Source: an uncultured virus (IMG/VR IMGVR_UViG_3300021957_000006)
Taxonomy: Duplodnaviria > Heunggongvirae > Uroviricota > Caudoviricetes
Direction: 5' to 3' (one strand)
IMG/VR virus record: IMGVR_UViG_3300021957_000006
Length of the DNA: 58,799 nt
Shown: piece by piece, positions 27,472 to 36,835 of the stretch
How the letters are laid out: each line of letters opens with the position of its first letter
Position numbering within the stretch: position 1 is the first letter of the stretch
Notes under the pieces: generated by a model
Told to the model about the DNA's origin: nothing
What the model saw: only the letters and a program-made list of their open reading frames with translations
Databases searched by the model: none
Position numbers and translations under genes: made by a program

Positions 27472-27506
27472 AAAAAAAATCCCACCTTTCGATGGGATTA
27501 TTTATC
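27472..27506 (-). terminator. GAAA-tetraloop hairpin plus T8, preceded by a late-like GATAAATA
   Basis: GATAAATA ATCCCATC-GAAA-GGTGGGAT TTTTTTT ATG. Confidence 0.65.
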
Positions 27507-27642
27507 ACTCTTCTTCTAGCTGTTCAAATTGCATAGGAGAGCCACACATTGGACAGTACTGAGGCACTTCTTCGTTATCTATTACCATTACCTGGGATTC
27601 TGTATCACAGGCGATACATTCAGTCCAATATTCTTCTTCCAT
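27505..27642 (-). CDS. Small acidic zinc-ribbon protein, 45 aa (not in the ORF track)
   Basis: MEEEYWTECIACDTESQVMVIDNEEVPQYCPMCGSPMQFEQLEEE*; two CxxC; AGGAG SD. Confidence 0.75.
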   Translation of the reverse strand: MEEEYWTECIACDTESQVMVIDNEEVPQYCPMCGSPMQFEQLEEE

Positions 27643-27650
27643 TTGATCTC

Positions 27651-29879
27651 CTAAAACGTTATTTCGCAAGCTCCTCCAACGCACGCTGCTGAACCAATCG
27701 TGTCTACATCTGTAAACTTTTTAATCTCTAACTGAGATACAAAGTCAATTGGTGATAGGTTCTGTTGTGCCTTAGTCCATTTATGTAGCAAGAAAACATC
27801 TTTGAGACAATACTCTGCTTCTTTTAAGTCATTCATGAAATAGTTATCTGCGAACTTCTTGAAACGACGAATCCATTCAGCATTAAGATCAGATACTTCT
27901 CCACGATACTCAGCAGGTGTTTGAGCTTGCATAGTAGCATCCCACAGATCACGGAAACCAGACTTACGAGTATCTACAATCAATCCAGATGCAAATAAAG
28001 CAGCTTTACCATAACGATTAACGATTTGATCTTCTGTAAGTACTTCTGTCATTGGAGCTTGGTTAAAGTCTTTATCACCCATACCAGCTAAGAAAGAGAT
28101 ACCAGCAAATGAATGTCTGTTATTGTATACGTAATCTTCTACTTGAGTCCACTGATGAGGTTGTACTGTAACTGTATTAGAAACGTTATGCCTAATACGA
28201 GGATCAGCGCATAACTCAATATTAGTCCCAGCTTCTACCCAGTTATTCTGTACTAGTGATACCTTTTCTAGTAAGTCAGTACCATATAGCTCATCTCTAT
28301 ACAAAGAACCTTCTGGAGCAATGATTGGGAAAGCAACACAGTAATCTGTATTGTTAGCATTCCATACAGACTCTTCTACCATATAAGGGTTAGTCTTAGC
28401 AATCAGTTGAGCAACTTCTGTCTCTTTGTTAAGTTGGATATGACGAATATAACGAGGTGAATGCTCAGCATGAATACCAGATGCAGTCTCAAGTAATACA
28501 GAAGCATTACCAGAAGGTTTAACACAAGTAGTACGAGCAGCTTGATTAATACCAATAAGAGCAGCTACTTCTTTATTTACTTGCTTTACAATCTTAGCAC
28601 CTTGCTTCTGAATATCAGCGTCTAATAGTACTTCTGGATTATTCATCCAACCCGTTACAGATACACCAAGCAATGCTTCTCTATCAAAGATCTTTCTAGA
28701 TGTTTCTGATAGGTATTTGAACTCAGTATAACCAGCTTGTAGAGTACCCATAATAGCACCTGCACGACAAGCTTTATAGAACTCTTCTGGTGTCTTACAT
28801 TTACCGCCATTGATCTCAGTTAGGTTACATCCTTGCCATCCTGACTCACCATCAATCTGAGGATACATGCCAATCTCAACACAAGGGTTAGTTGTGAAGT
28901 CTTTATCTTCTACAAAGTAGAATCCAGGCTCACCAAACTCTTTGATTGAGCTCATAAACTTAGAGAAGTCTTCTTTACTAATTTCATCGCGTACTATTAC
29001 AGCAGAGTTGTTTGAACGACCACGCTGTGGGTTATCCATAAACCAGTTACCTGTTTTTGCTTTCATCATCTCTTCGTCATCGTATGAGAACAAAGCAATA
29101 GTAGCAGAACGTCTAACACCACCAGCGAGCACAGCATCAGCTGCATGCATAGAGATATCATATACATCGATAGGACGTAGACGAGTTTCGCCGGCTAAGA
29201 TACGGGTTTGTATTAGGTGCTCAATCTTATCGAGAGCCCTGCGGAGCGGTTCAGGTCCTGGGGCTTTGAAGCCTCCATTTATCATTGCGCCTTTAGGACG
29301 AACATGGTTAATATCGAAGTAAACTTTACGTCCTTCTACCTCTGGAAACTGACCTCCGCCAACAAAGTATGATGACATAAGAGCACCGAGAGCATCAGCC
29401 CAACCTTCGATTGAGTCTTCTACTACCCAACCTTTAGCTTGCTTCTTACGTTCTTGTAGATCTGGCATTTTAGCTACATGGTGCTTTTGTACTGAGAAGC
29501 CAGCACCAGCACCGCATAGTAAAATGTATAGCAACTCAGAGAAGTATCTTGGTCTATCAGCATAGGTAGATGTGCAGTTATACATTTTCATCTGATGCTT
29601 TAGTAATTGATCACCACCGAATTGCAATGCACGTTGAGCACCGAGAGTATACTTAAGTTTATATGCTGCTTCTGCTTCGTCAATCAATAGAGATAATTCT
29701 GGAGACATTTTCTCAGAGTAAAAGCCACGATGCATGTCCATCACACGTGCAACAGATTCGTCCCAAGATTCATATCGTTCTTTTTCATCATCCCACCTAC
29801 TATAACCTTCATAAAATTTAGCTTGTGACATTACGTGTCTTGTATCGACTTCACGATTTGATTGAACGACTTTTAACAT
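27651..29879 (-). CDS. nrdJ: Class II (adenosylcobalamin-dependent, monomeric RTPR-type) ribonucleotide reductase
   Basis: YNC, G.GAGFSV, DSIEGW, GP.PL, AGGVRRSA, TNPCVEI, CNLTEIN, TCVKPSGN, HNVSNT, C-terminal C.GGACE; no nrdB nearby. Confidence 0.85.
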   Translation of the reverse strand: MLKVVQSNREVDTRHVMSQAKFYEGYSRWDDEKERYESWDESVARVMDMHRGFYSEKMSPELSLLIDEAEAAYKLKYTLGAQRALQFGGDQLLKHQMKMYNCTSTYADRPRYFSELLYILLCGAGAGFSVQKHHVAKMPDLQERKKQAKGWVVEDSIEGWADALGALMSSYFVGGGQFPEVEGRKVYFDINHVRPKGAMINGGFKAPGPEPLRRALDKIEHLIQTRILAGETRLRPIDVYDISMHAADAVLAGGVRRSATIALFSYDDEEMMKAKTGNWFMDNPQRGRSNNSAVIVRDEISKEDFSKFMSSIKEFGEPGFYFVEDKDFTTNPCVEIGMYPQIDGESGWQGCNLTEINGGKCKTPEEFYKACRAGAIMGTLQAGYTEFKYLSETSRKIFDREALLGVSVTGWMNNPEVLLDADIQKQGAKIVKQVNKEVAALIGINQAARTTCVKPSGNASVLLETASGIHAEHSPRYIRHIQLNKETEVAQLIAKTNPYMVEESVWNANNTDYCVAFPIIAPEGSLYRDELYGTDLLEKVSLVQNNWVEAGTNIELCADPRIRHNVSNTVTVQPHQWTQVEDYVYNNRHSFAGISFLAGMGDKDFNQAPMTEVLTEDQIVNRYGKAALFASGLIVDTRKSGFRDLWDATMQAQTPAEYRGEVSDLNAEWIRRFKKFADNYFMNDLKEAEYCLKDVFLLHKWTKAQQNLSPIDFVSQLEIKKFTDVDTIGSAACVGGACEITF

Positions 29880-29962
29880 TTATTGACCTCTCGGGAAAAG
29901 TATTTACGCCCGTGTAAGCATATTCTTACACAGAGTATTATGGATTGTTATTTTGTTAGTGT

Positions 29963-29991
29963 ATTATATATTACTTTTGAGTCCTGTGAAA
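29963..29991 (-). promoter_or_regulatory. Early promoter variant TTTCAC-N17-TATAAT (nrdJ)
   Basis: Same upstream AAAATAACAG context as the family. Confidence 0.65.
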
Positions 29992-30026
29992 CTGTTATTT
30001 CACGTGTTTCTGAAAAAATATTTTTT

Positions 30027-30404
30027 TTATTTTTTTTCGTCTACTGGCTCAGGCTCAGGCTCGTCTTCAAGAGCTTCTTCGTAATAAGCAATAATAGCTT
30101 GTTGATCTTTTACGTAGCGACGAAGATCAGCAATACCAATAGCTAGGTTCTCATACCCTTTTGGAGTGATTGTAAATAGAACCACATTACCAGTCTTAGT
30201 ATCAATCTCTGCGAGTTTCTCTTCTAGATTCTCTTCAGTGATTACAAACCAATCAACAGGAGGAAATTCTACTGCTTTTGGTCTTTCTTGAACAGGTATG
30301 TTTTGCTCTTGGTACTTAGTCTCAACTACTACCTCAGCCTCCGGAGTTCTCCCCAGACACCCCGCTAGTATCATCGGGCTTATCAGAAGGAGGAGTAGTT
30401 TCAT
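30027..30404 (-). CDS. o-spanin (Rz1-like lipoprotein); start moved to 30404
   Basis: MKLLLLLISPMILAG-C lipobox, Pro-rich segment, C-terminal YE.LA.....LRRY..Q...II.YYE helix; overlaps the i-spanin. Confidence 0.7.
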   Translation of the reverse strand: MKLLLLLISPMILAGCLGRTPEAEVVVETKYQEQNIPVQERPKAVEFPPVDWFVITEENLEEKLAEIDTKTGNVVLFTITPKGYENLAIGIADLRRYVKDQQAIIAYYEEALEDEPEPEPVDEKK

Positions 30405-30765
30405 CTTGGATCCGTCCAATAAGTTTGTTAACGGCGTTGTTAACTCGGTCTTCAAGTCCTTGTGCATTTGTTAATGCCTCCATAGTCAAATCGATTTTAG
30501 CAAATACACCTCTTAGCTTATCTAAGTGTTCTTGGGATTGCTGCAATCTTTTGGTTAAATCTTTATTTAGTTGTTCATTCTTCTTTTGATCAGCTGCCAT
30601 CTTCTCTACAGTCGCCTGGAGCGTTTCAGCTGCTGACTTTAATTTTACATTATTTTCACGCAAAGTGCCAATGGTTTCTTGTGACCACATATAATAACTG
30701 TAGCCTGCATAACCAACACCGCTCATCAAAGAGATGAGAAATAAAAATAAATATACCTTAGCCAT
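30334..30765 (-). CDS. i-spanin (Rz-like)
   Basis: N-terminal TM helix then long coiled coil; overlaps the lipoprotein gene. Confidence 0.7.
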   Translation of the reverse strand: MAKVYLFLFLISLMSGVGYAGYSYYMWSQETIGTLRENNVKLKSAAETLQATVEKMAADQKKNEQLNKDLTKRLQQSQEHLDKLRGVFAKIDLTMEALTNAQGLEDRVNNAVNKLIGRIQDETTPPSDKPDDTSGVSGENSGG

Positions 30766-31102
30766 TATCTTCCATGTGCTTTCTGAACCGTTTTAACAGT
30801 ACGGGTAACTGACTCTTTTTTCGTCTACGGTCCGTTACATTAATTTCTTTAGGTCTCTTACCCATAACAGTAGTAGCTGGATTAGGAATAGATCCTGTAT
30901 TTACAGCTGCTACATCTTCGTTTTTTTGTTTACCTTTACGCATATTAATCTGCCAATGTGCTAATTGTTTCTTACGCTTACTCGCTGTGGAGGATGATCT
31001 AATCTTTTTAAGAGCTGAGATAGAAGCCTTTTTAGGTATTCCGTGTCGTGCACTATCCCCTTTGTCTTGAGGGTTACGACCGTCTTGGAAGTTTTCTTTC
31101 AT
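30758..31102 (-). CDS. Basic hypothetical late/virion protein
   Basis: K/R-rich; AHWQINMRKG motif. Confidence 0.6.
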   Translation of the reverse strand: MKENFQDGRNPQDKGDSARHGIPKKASISALKKIRSSSTASKRKKQLAHWQINMRKGKQKNEDVAAVNTGSIPNPATTVMGKRPKEINVTDRRRKKSQLPVLLKRFRKHMEDNG

Positions 31103-31665
31103 ACTAGCAACTCGCTTATTGTCACGTATACTTTTTGATTTGTATTTCTATGAGTCATTTCATATACTGGCATACCAAAAATATCACCTACAGGATAACA
31201 ATCTTCATTAGCTATAACAACATCTTTTTTTCTTACCATCTCATCTAAGGACTTATTAAGCATCTTACCTTCTCTTACTTTATAAGAGCCAGGAGACATT
31301 CGTCCGTCATCTAGTATGAACCACTGAGAGCTTTCTTCTAACAAGTCTAAATGATCAACACCAGCTTTACTTAATGCTTCCTTAATAGTCTTCTCAGACA
31401 CGCTAAAATGCTCTTTAATTAGATAAAGAGCACTAGCATAAGAACCTATCTTACCACCAGGTATTAATTTTTTAATATTATATACTAGCCTATGAAAAGG
31501 CGTATATACGTTGCGCTCATCTGATGTTTCTGGCTTTCTAACTCTTTTACCTTTTTCATCTATGATGCCTAGTTTAAATGCTTCTGTATCCTCAAAGTTT
31601 GTTATCAATAACTTTAAAAATCTAAAAGTATAAACTAAATCACCAGCGCGTTTAATTATACCCAT
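31099..31665 (-). CDS. Conserved T4-like hypothetical protein
   Basis: YTFRFLKLL...F..T.AFKLGIID.KG, YT.FHRLV.NIK, SYA.ALYLIKE. Confidence 0.75.
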   Translation of the reverse strand: MGIIKRAGDLVYTFRFLKLLITNFEDTEAFKLGIIDEKGKRVRKPETSDERNVYTPFHRLVYNIKKLIPGGKIGSYASALYLIKEHFSVSEKTIKEALSKAGVDHLDLLEESSQWFILDDGRMSPGSYKVREGKMLNKSLDEMVRKKDVVIANEDCYPVGDIFGMPVYEMTHRNTNQKVYVTISELLV

Positions 31666-32018
31666 TATATCTTCCTTAATGCGTCTACTATGGTTAAGTC
31701 TTTTTCAAGCTCAGGATGATCATTAATAGCATTAACAAATACTAAGAATGGATTAATTAACCTCCAGTGCTTTTCATGCAACTTAAGTTCTAATATATTT
31801 AAACCAGCCTCCATACCAAACACATTAAACATAATAACTAAATGATTTAATATGAGACGCTCTGATAGTTTACCTGTCTCCAGGTAACGATTTAACAATC
31901 TTTTAATATACTTGAACCTTTTTAATTCCTCTTGAAACTCCTCTGCATCAATATACTTTGGATTATAATAATGCTTGGCAGCGTATAGATGAAGGTTCTC
32001 TTCAGTTAGTTTAATCAT
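31665..32018 (-). CDS. Conserved T4-like hypothetical protein
   Basis: YAAKHY.NP...EEF.E.LKRFKYIKRLL.RY...G.L.ERLILNH. Confidence 0.75.
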   Translation of the reverse strand: MIKLTEENLHLYAAKHYYNPKYIDAEEFQEELKRFKYIKRLLNRYLETGKLSERLILNHLVIMFNVFGMEAGLNILELKLHEKHWRLINPFLVFVNAINDHPELEKDLTIVDALRKI

Positions 32019-32042
32019 AGCGACTCCAATAGAATGTTACTT

Positions 32043-32408
32043 CTATTTAGAGGGAATTATATCTTTCATTTGTTCTACAAGAGCTTTTTTAGATTGACGT
32101 CTATCTAGCTCTACCCCATGTTCACGTCCAAGGTCTTCTAGCTCTTTTTTAGACATAGAACTAAGCTCGTTATCTGCCATTGCAGCTTGAATCTTACCTT
32201 CAGTAATCATATCCTGAACGTCTTCTTCTGTTGCAACAGGAGCAGGAGCAGGAGCAGGAGCAGCTGCCCCTTCTTTTTCAGCCCAGAACTCGTCAATCTG
32301 TTCTTGAGTAAACGTTTTAGGTAGTAGAATTTCACTTGTTGCCCAATGCTTCCATCCATGAAGTACTGGGACTGCACGTCTACACCAGGCGGGAGGTTTA
32401 ATAGCCAT
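32043..32408 (-). CDS. Hypothetical protein with PA linker and C-terminal helix-extended-helix (Rho-N-like) motif
   Basis: LSSMSKKELEDLGREHGVELDRR.SKK.LV. Confidence 0.6.
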   Translation of the reverse strand: MAIKPPAWCRRAVPVLHGWKHWATSEILLPKTFTQEQIDEFWAEKEGAAAPAPAPAPVATEEDVQDMITEGKIQAAMADNELSSMSKKELEDLGREHGVELDRRQSKKALVEQMKDIIPSK

Positions 32409-32423
32409 TTAATTTCCTTTCAC

Positions 32424-33134
32424 TTAACCAGCTTTTGTTGTGTCCTTAACGGGATTTCTTACTGACTTGTCACCCTTCATATTGTCACCTGATCTAGCTT
32501 TTGCTTTTGGACCAGCGCGACCTGCTTTAGATGCATCGTCATGACCTTTTTCTTCGGTATCGTCTACCTTCATGCCAGCTTCCATGTCTTTTTTAGTCTT
32601 CTTGGTCATAGGAGCCATACCGTCTTCTTTATCTTGAGCAGGCGCTGCGCCTTTATAGTGCATGGCTCTGGCTTCTAAGATACGAGCATAAACAGAAGGT
32701 AAAGTACTTTCCATTGTATCAGCGTTCTGAGTTGACGCTTTGTCTTTAGTTTTCTTAGGATTCATTTCTACTTCATCTCCACCTTTAACGTTCTTAGAGA
32801 TAGCTTTGCGACGCTTGTGTAGATACTTATCTGTTGAGTCAGCATCTCCGTCATTGTCAATATCTTTGTCGTCACGGTCTTTATGCTTACCTTTAAGCTC
32901 TTTATGGTTTACTGGGTCCATAGCTTCTTTTTTCTGAATAGGCATTTTCTCTGCCTTATTCGGAATATCAAAAGGTGCTTTAGGTAGCGTTACAGCTGCC
33001 TTGCCTTTTTCTGATCCTGCTGAAGCTTTGGCAAGTTTCTTTGCCATAGCTGCTTTTTGACTTTCGTTAACTTCAGAATACGCCTCAGTCAACTTTTTGA
33101 TCCATTCGCTCATTTGTATTCTCCTTACATCCAA
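32424..33134 (-). CDS. Probable internal head protein, K/D-rich, with an EF-hand-like loop
   Basis: DIDNDGDADSTDKYLHKRRKAISK; several x-x-E|A sites; SD suggests a start at MSEWIK. Confidence 0.6.
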   Translation of the reverse strand: MDVRRIQMSEWIKKLTEAYSEVNESQKAAMAKKLAKASAGSEKGKAAVTLPKAPFDIPNKAEKMPIQKKEAMDPVNHKELKGKHKDRDDKDIDNDGDADSTDKYLHKRRKAISKNVKGGDEVEMNPKKTKDKASTQNADTMESTLPSVYARILEARAMHYKGAAPAQDKEDGMAPMTKKTKKDMEAGMKVDDTEEKGHDDASKAGRAGPKAKARSGDNMKGDKSVRNPVKDTTKAG

Positions 33135-33403
33135 AGTTGAGCTGCGATTGATCCTGCTATAGCAACGAGAGCTATCCAGAATAGTTTATTAATAGTATGT
33201 ACAGTACGAGCATTATCGTCGCACTTCTTTTCAATTACATCTAATTTAGCTGAGAACTTGTTCATTCGTTCCCATGATCTTTCTCGATACTCGTTATAAG
33301 CATCCATTTTTTCTTCAAAACGAGCTAGTGATATTAACACATCACCCATCTTATCTAACTTTTCTTCTATGCGATCTAATCGCTTATTTGTTGGCTCTGC
33401 CAT
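33125..33403 (-). CDS. Coiled-coil protein with C-terminal TM helix
   Basis: RLDRIEEKLDK...LFWIALVAIAGSIAA. Confidence 0.65.
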   Translation of the reverse strand: MAEPTNKRLDRIEEKLDKMGDVLISLARFEEKMDAYNEYRERSWERMNKFSAKLDVIEKKCDDNARTVHTINKLFWIALVAIAGSIAAQLWM

Positions 33404-33413
33404 TATTTATACC

Positions 33414-33806
33414 TTAACAGTTCCAGCGTCGTCGCGCTGCCTTTCCTCTTTCGCCAGTCCATCCTCTAGATCTAGCACAGAAACTTTTACGTCTACCGTG
33501 TGCTTTAGTTCCAGGCTTAAGAGTACTTGGCTTTGCTGTAACAGCTGTTTGTAATTTACTGCCAGGGTTGCGACGTCTATATTTTGCGACGCCTTGTTTT
33601 GTCATTCCAGCTCCTTGCTTTACAGATAGCTTATCGCCAGACTTAACTGACATACCAGACATATCTTCTTTAACAAGAAACCCATCATCGTTTTTCTTCA
33701 TACCTTTTGGAATAGGTTTGCAAGTAAGAGTCCTTTGACAGTAATATTGGCCAGCAGGACAATCTCCTGCTTTAGCTTCTTTAACAAAGGTCTTAAACTT
33801 AATCAT
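33414..33806 (-). CDS. Probable capsid-targeted basic protein
   Basis: MIKFKTFVKEA N-terminus; GMT..GV.KYRR.NPGSKL.TAVT...RRKSFCARS...ARRRWNC. Confidence 0.65.
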   Translation of the reverse strand: MIKFKTFVKEAKAGDCPAGQYYCQRTLTCKPIPKGMKKNDDGFLVKEDMSGMSVKSGDKLSVKQGAGMTKQGVAKYRRRNPGSKLQTAVTAKPSTLKPGTKAHGRRKSFCARSRGWTGERGKAARRRWNC

Positions 33807-35239
33807 TTCTTTTTCTCACGATCAATCATCTTACGAATCTTAGCTAGCTTGTCTTTATCATTGTTAGTCAATTCTGGACGTTTAGTCATAGCTGTTTGAC
33901 CATCAGGAATAGTAGCTTCTTTTTTCATAGCATCTTTACCGAGAGCTTGCTTCACTTTCTTTTGTGCATTTTTATCTAAGCTTTTCAATCCACCTGGTCC
34001 TTTTTGACCTATCATATGTGGATTGTCTTTCATCATACGTACCGTATCTGGATCTGCAGTAGCTTCCTTTGTAAGCTTATCTACTGCTTTACTAATACCT
34101 TTTTGACGGTTTTTAGCTTTATCCATAGCTCGTTGAGACTTACCATAAGCCTTATACATATCTCTATCTTTATCAGCCATATCACCAGCATCTGCATGAC
34201 GTTTTGCTTGTGCTGTTTGCTTTACTGCATCAGGACCAGCTTTCTTAATATAAGAACCTAGAGTCTTTTTATCAAGCTCACTAATTGTTTCTTCTGCAGT
34301 TGGCTTAACTTTAGAACGACCTGTCATTTTATTAACATACATATCAGATCCTCTAGATCTTTTTGTTAGACCTTGCATAGCTTTCATCCCAGCTTTTGCA
34401 TGTTTAACACTTGCGGGTTGATCCAAAGCTGCTTTGACTTTGTTACGTTTTTGATCAATGTCTTTTGCAGCAGCTTTTCCATAAGCCTGCATTTTGCCCA
34501 TTGAGATTTCACTGAAGCTTTTCATGGTAGACTCCGTTTTAGGTTTTGATTTTACATTCATAAGCTTACCGTCTCTATCCCGATCAGCTTTTTCTTTATC
34601 AAGACGAGCTTTGTGTAAAGGTGACATCATACTTTTAGCTTGACTTTGAGGCTCATCATAAGCTTCTTTACCGTCATATTTACCAGACTTCTTAAGCTTG
34701 GCCATTACAGCTGCTTGTTGAGCTGGATTAGCAAACTTTTCAGGTAGGGGTGGAATCTTTGAGCGCTGCTTATCAAGAGGATCAGACCGTAACTTAGCAC
34801 CTCCATCACCATCTGCTCCAGCATCGCCTTTTCTTAACTTACCGTCTCGAGTAAAGTGATACCCTTTTGGTGCACCTTTAGTCTCTTTTTGCATCTCTCT
34901 TTTCTTGAAAGTCTCAAGACCTTTTTTATCTCCAGATGCCATACGATCTGTTTTATTAGACTGAGTAGTAGCAATGCGTTTCATAGCACCTTCAGTCTTA
35001 GGTTTATCATGAGAGTATCCCATTTTATTCATACGATGATGATCAGCAGGTTTTCTAGCCATATAGCCTTTACCTGTTTTAAGATCATACATCATATGGG
35101 GTTCAAACTCATCTTTAGACTCTCTTTGCATTTCTCTTCTATCCCGTTCTGCTTTTGCCGCTGCATGATGAGGATGATCTGGGTTTTTTAAAATTGTTGA
35201 TAGTTTCCTATGTGAAAACGAAGTTATATCATCCATCAC
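33803..35239 (-). CDS. Low-complexity K/D/A/M-rich probable internal head (poly)protein
   Basis: Mosaic of short modules separated by x-x-E|A/G/S/T sites; ELDKKTLGSYIKKA-type repeat. Confidence 0.6.
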   Translation of the reverse strand: MMDDITSFSHRKLSTILKNPDHPHHAAAKAERDRREMQRESKDEFEPHMMYDLKTGKGYMARKPADHHRMNKMGYSHDKPKTEGAMKRIATTQSNKTDRMASGDKKGLETFKKREMQKETKGAPKGYHFTRDGKLRKGDAGADGDGGAKLRSDPLDKQRSKIPPLPEKFANPAQQAAVMAKLKKSGKYDGKEAYDEPQSQAKSMMSPLHKARLDKEKADRDRDGKLMNVKSKPKTESTMKSFSEISMGKMQAYGKAAAKDIDQKRNKVKAALDQPASVKHAKAGMKAMQGLTKRSRGSDMYVNKMTGRSKVKPTAEETISELDKKTLGSYIKKAGPDAVKQTAQAKRHADAGDMADKDRDMYKAYGKSQRAMDKAKNRQKGISKAVDKLTKEATADPDTVRMMKDNPHMIGQKGPGGLKSLDKNAQKKVKQALGKDAMKKEATIPDGQTAMTKRPELTNNDKDKLAKIRKMIDREKKK

Positions 35240-35245
35240 TCTCTC

Positions 35246-36835
35246 CTAAGCTAAATCTTTATCGTGGTTGAGACCACCTTGTTTTTTCTTTCTGATAAAC
35301 GCATTTACTCGCGCGTGGCCCCATTGCTGAGGTGTTGTACCAGGTCTATGACCTGTCTTCCATGCAGCTACTCCTCGATTATAAACTTTCTTTAGAGTAC
35401 CGGTTGAAATTCCTGATGCTTTAGATTTATCTGCAAATGAACCTTCAGTTTGCATATTTACTTTCTTAACATCTCTTGTACGAGCACGATCCATTATACG
35501 GTCATGCTTCTTTTTATCCATTTCTTTTTCGCGATCTACTCGCTTCTTAGCTACGTCAACGTGAGACTGCCTGTCATCTTCTTTCATCATATTGCGAACA
35601 AATTTAGTATGCTTAGATACAGGCATATCTTTCTTACGAGCTTCTTTATCTCCAGGAGCATCTTTATATGCAGCTGGGTTACTATCAGACATCTTAGATT
35701 GTTTCTTAAACTGACGATCTCTTACAGCTTTAGTAGCCTTAGCTAATCCTTTATGATAACGAGCTGGCTGCGTACCTTTACGATCAGCAATGTCTGTATC
35801 TTGAGGAGTAGTAGCTTCCTGTGCACGCTTGATTTGATCTGGAGTAGGTGCGCCTTTAGCACCTTTCTTTCTCATCTTCTCTCCACGCGCTCTCTTAGCA
35901 TGCATATTAGCCCATAAGCCTTCGTTTTGACCTGGAGTCATTTTTCTAGCTAATGCTGCAGCTGCTGGAGTACCTTCTTCGTGTTTCTGAGGACTATACT
36001 CTTCTTCAATCTTCTCTACAGCATCTAACCATTGACGAGTCTTACGTTCAGAAGTCTCAACTATAACATAATTAGACCCTAGTACAGATATTATACCTAC
36101 TTCGTCTGTCTTTTTGATGATGACTTGCTCACCGATGTCGAAGAGCTCACCTTCAATAAACTTTTCTCTAGTTTCTGATACGGGCTGCAATTGAATATGT
36201 CTTTTAAATTCATTTTCTTCTTTTAATCCCATTCCTTTTCGTACATCATTAAACAATCTACGTGCATCATTATTTGACATTGTAGTAGGTAGACCTTGAG
36301 CAAACTTAGTAAAGTTACCATCTGTAGCATATCCACGTTGCTTAGTACCTGATGCTCCTTCAGCTCCTTCAGCGTCAGGATCTCTAGCGCCAGCATTAAT
36401 AATCTTTACGCCACCATCGAAGTTAAAAAAGCCATGAGAGCCTTTCTTACCGTTATATTTGTTTAGACGGAGATCATATTCATTTATTCTATCAGAGCCA
36501 GCAATCATTACTACCTTGCGATAACCTTTACTATAAAGATCTGACAGAGCATGAAAAGGAGTGATTACTTTATTATTAATAACAACCTGTCTAGCATGTT
36601 TAGGAAACATCTTGCGGACATGTTTAATCTTGCTCTTATATTCTAATGGATCTTTTTTAGGACTATTAGATTGAGACAGGTAAATAAAATAAGGATTACG
36701 TCCAGCTTTTTTGCTTAACGCATCCATAAGTTTTCCGTGACCAATAGTAGGAGGGTTCATTCTACCAAAGGCAAAATAAACTACTTTTTCTTCTTCTACT
36801 AAGTAACGGCTAAAAGAGTTAATCATTTTTTGCAA
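35246..36835 (-). CDS. HIGH-superfamily (cytidylyltransferase/NMNAT-like) nucleotidyltransferase with C-terminal basic modules
   Basis: FAFGRMNPPTIGHGKL, KDPL, GSDR, SGTK.R; C-terminal LKKVYNRG.AAWKTGHRPG.TPQQWG.ARVN.F module. Confidence 0.8.
   Translation of the reverse strand: MQKMINSFSRYLVEEEKVVYFAFGRMNPPTIGHGKLMDALSKKAGRNPYFIYLSQSNSPKKDPLEYKSKIKHVRKMFPKHARQVVINNKVITPFHALSDLYSKGYRKVVMIAGSDRINEYDLRLNKYNGKKGSHGFFNFDGGVKIINAGARDPDAEGAEGASGTKQRGYATDGNFTKFAQGLPTTMSNNDARRLFNDVRKGMGLKEENEFKRHIQLQPVSETREKFIEGELFDIGEQVIIKKTDEVGIISVLGSNYVIVETSERKTRQWLDAVEKIEEEYSPQKHEEGTPAAAALARKMTPGQNEGLWANMHAKRARGEKMRKKGAKGAPTPDQIKRAQEATTPQDTDIADRKGTQPARYHKGLAKATKAVRDRQFKKQSKMSDSNPAAYKDAPGDKEARKKDMPVSKHTKFVRNMMKEDDRQSHVDVAKKRVDREKEMDKKKHDRIMDRARTRDVKKVNMQTEGSFADKSKASGISTGTLKKVYNRGVAAWKTGHRPGTTPQQWGHARVNAFIRKKKQGGLNHDKDLA

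Noticed and set aside
29955..29975. NrdR box at the nrdJ promoter
   Set aside because: The AT palindrome lacks the conserved C...G positions and is explained by the -10 box
29883..30146. Plus-strand ORF over the nrdJ promoter
   Set aside because: Spans a promoter, T-tracts and the antisense o-spanin end; not protein-like
32237..32263. (GCAGGA)n and the similar (GGCTCA)n at about 30045-30063
   Set aside because: They encode ordinary PA and EP linkers
33404..33411. TATAAATA immediately before the ATG at 33403
   Set aside because: Too close to serve that gene; may drive downstream genes or be chance, so not called
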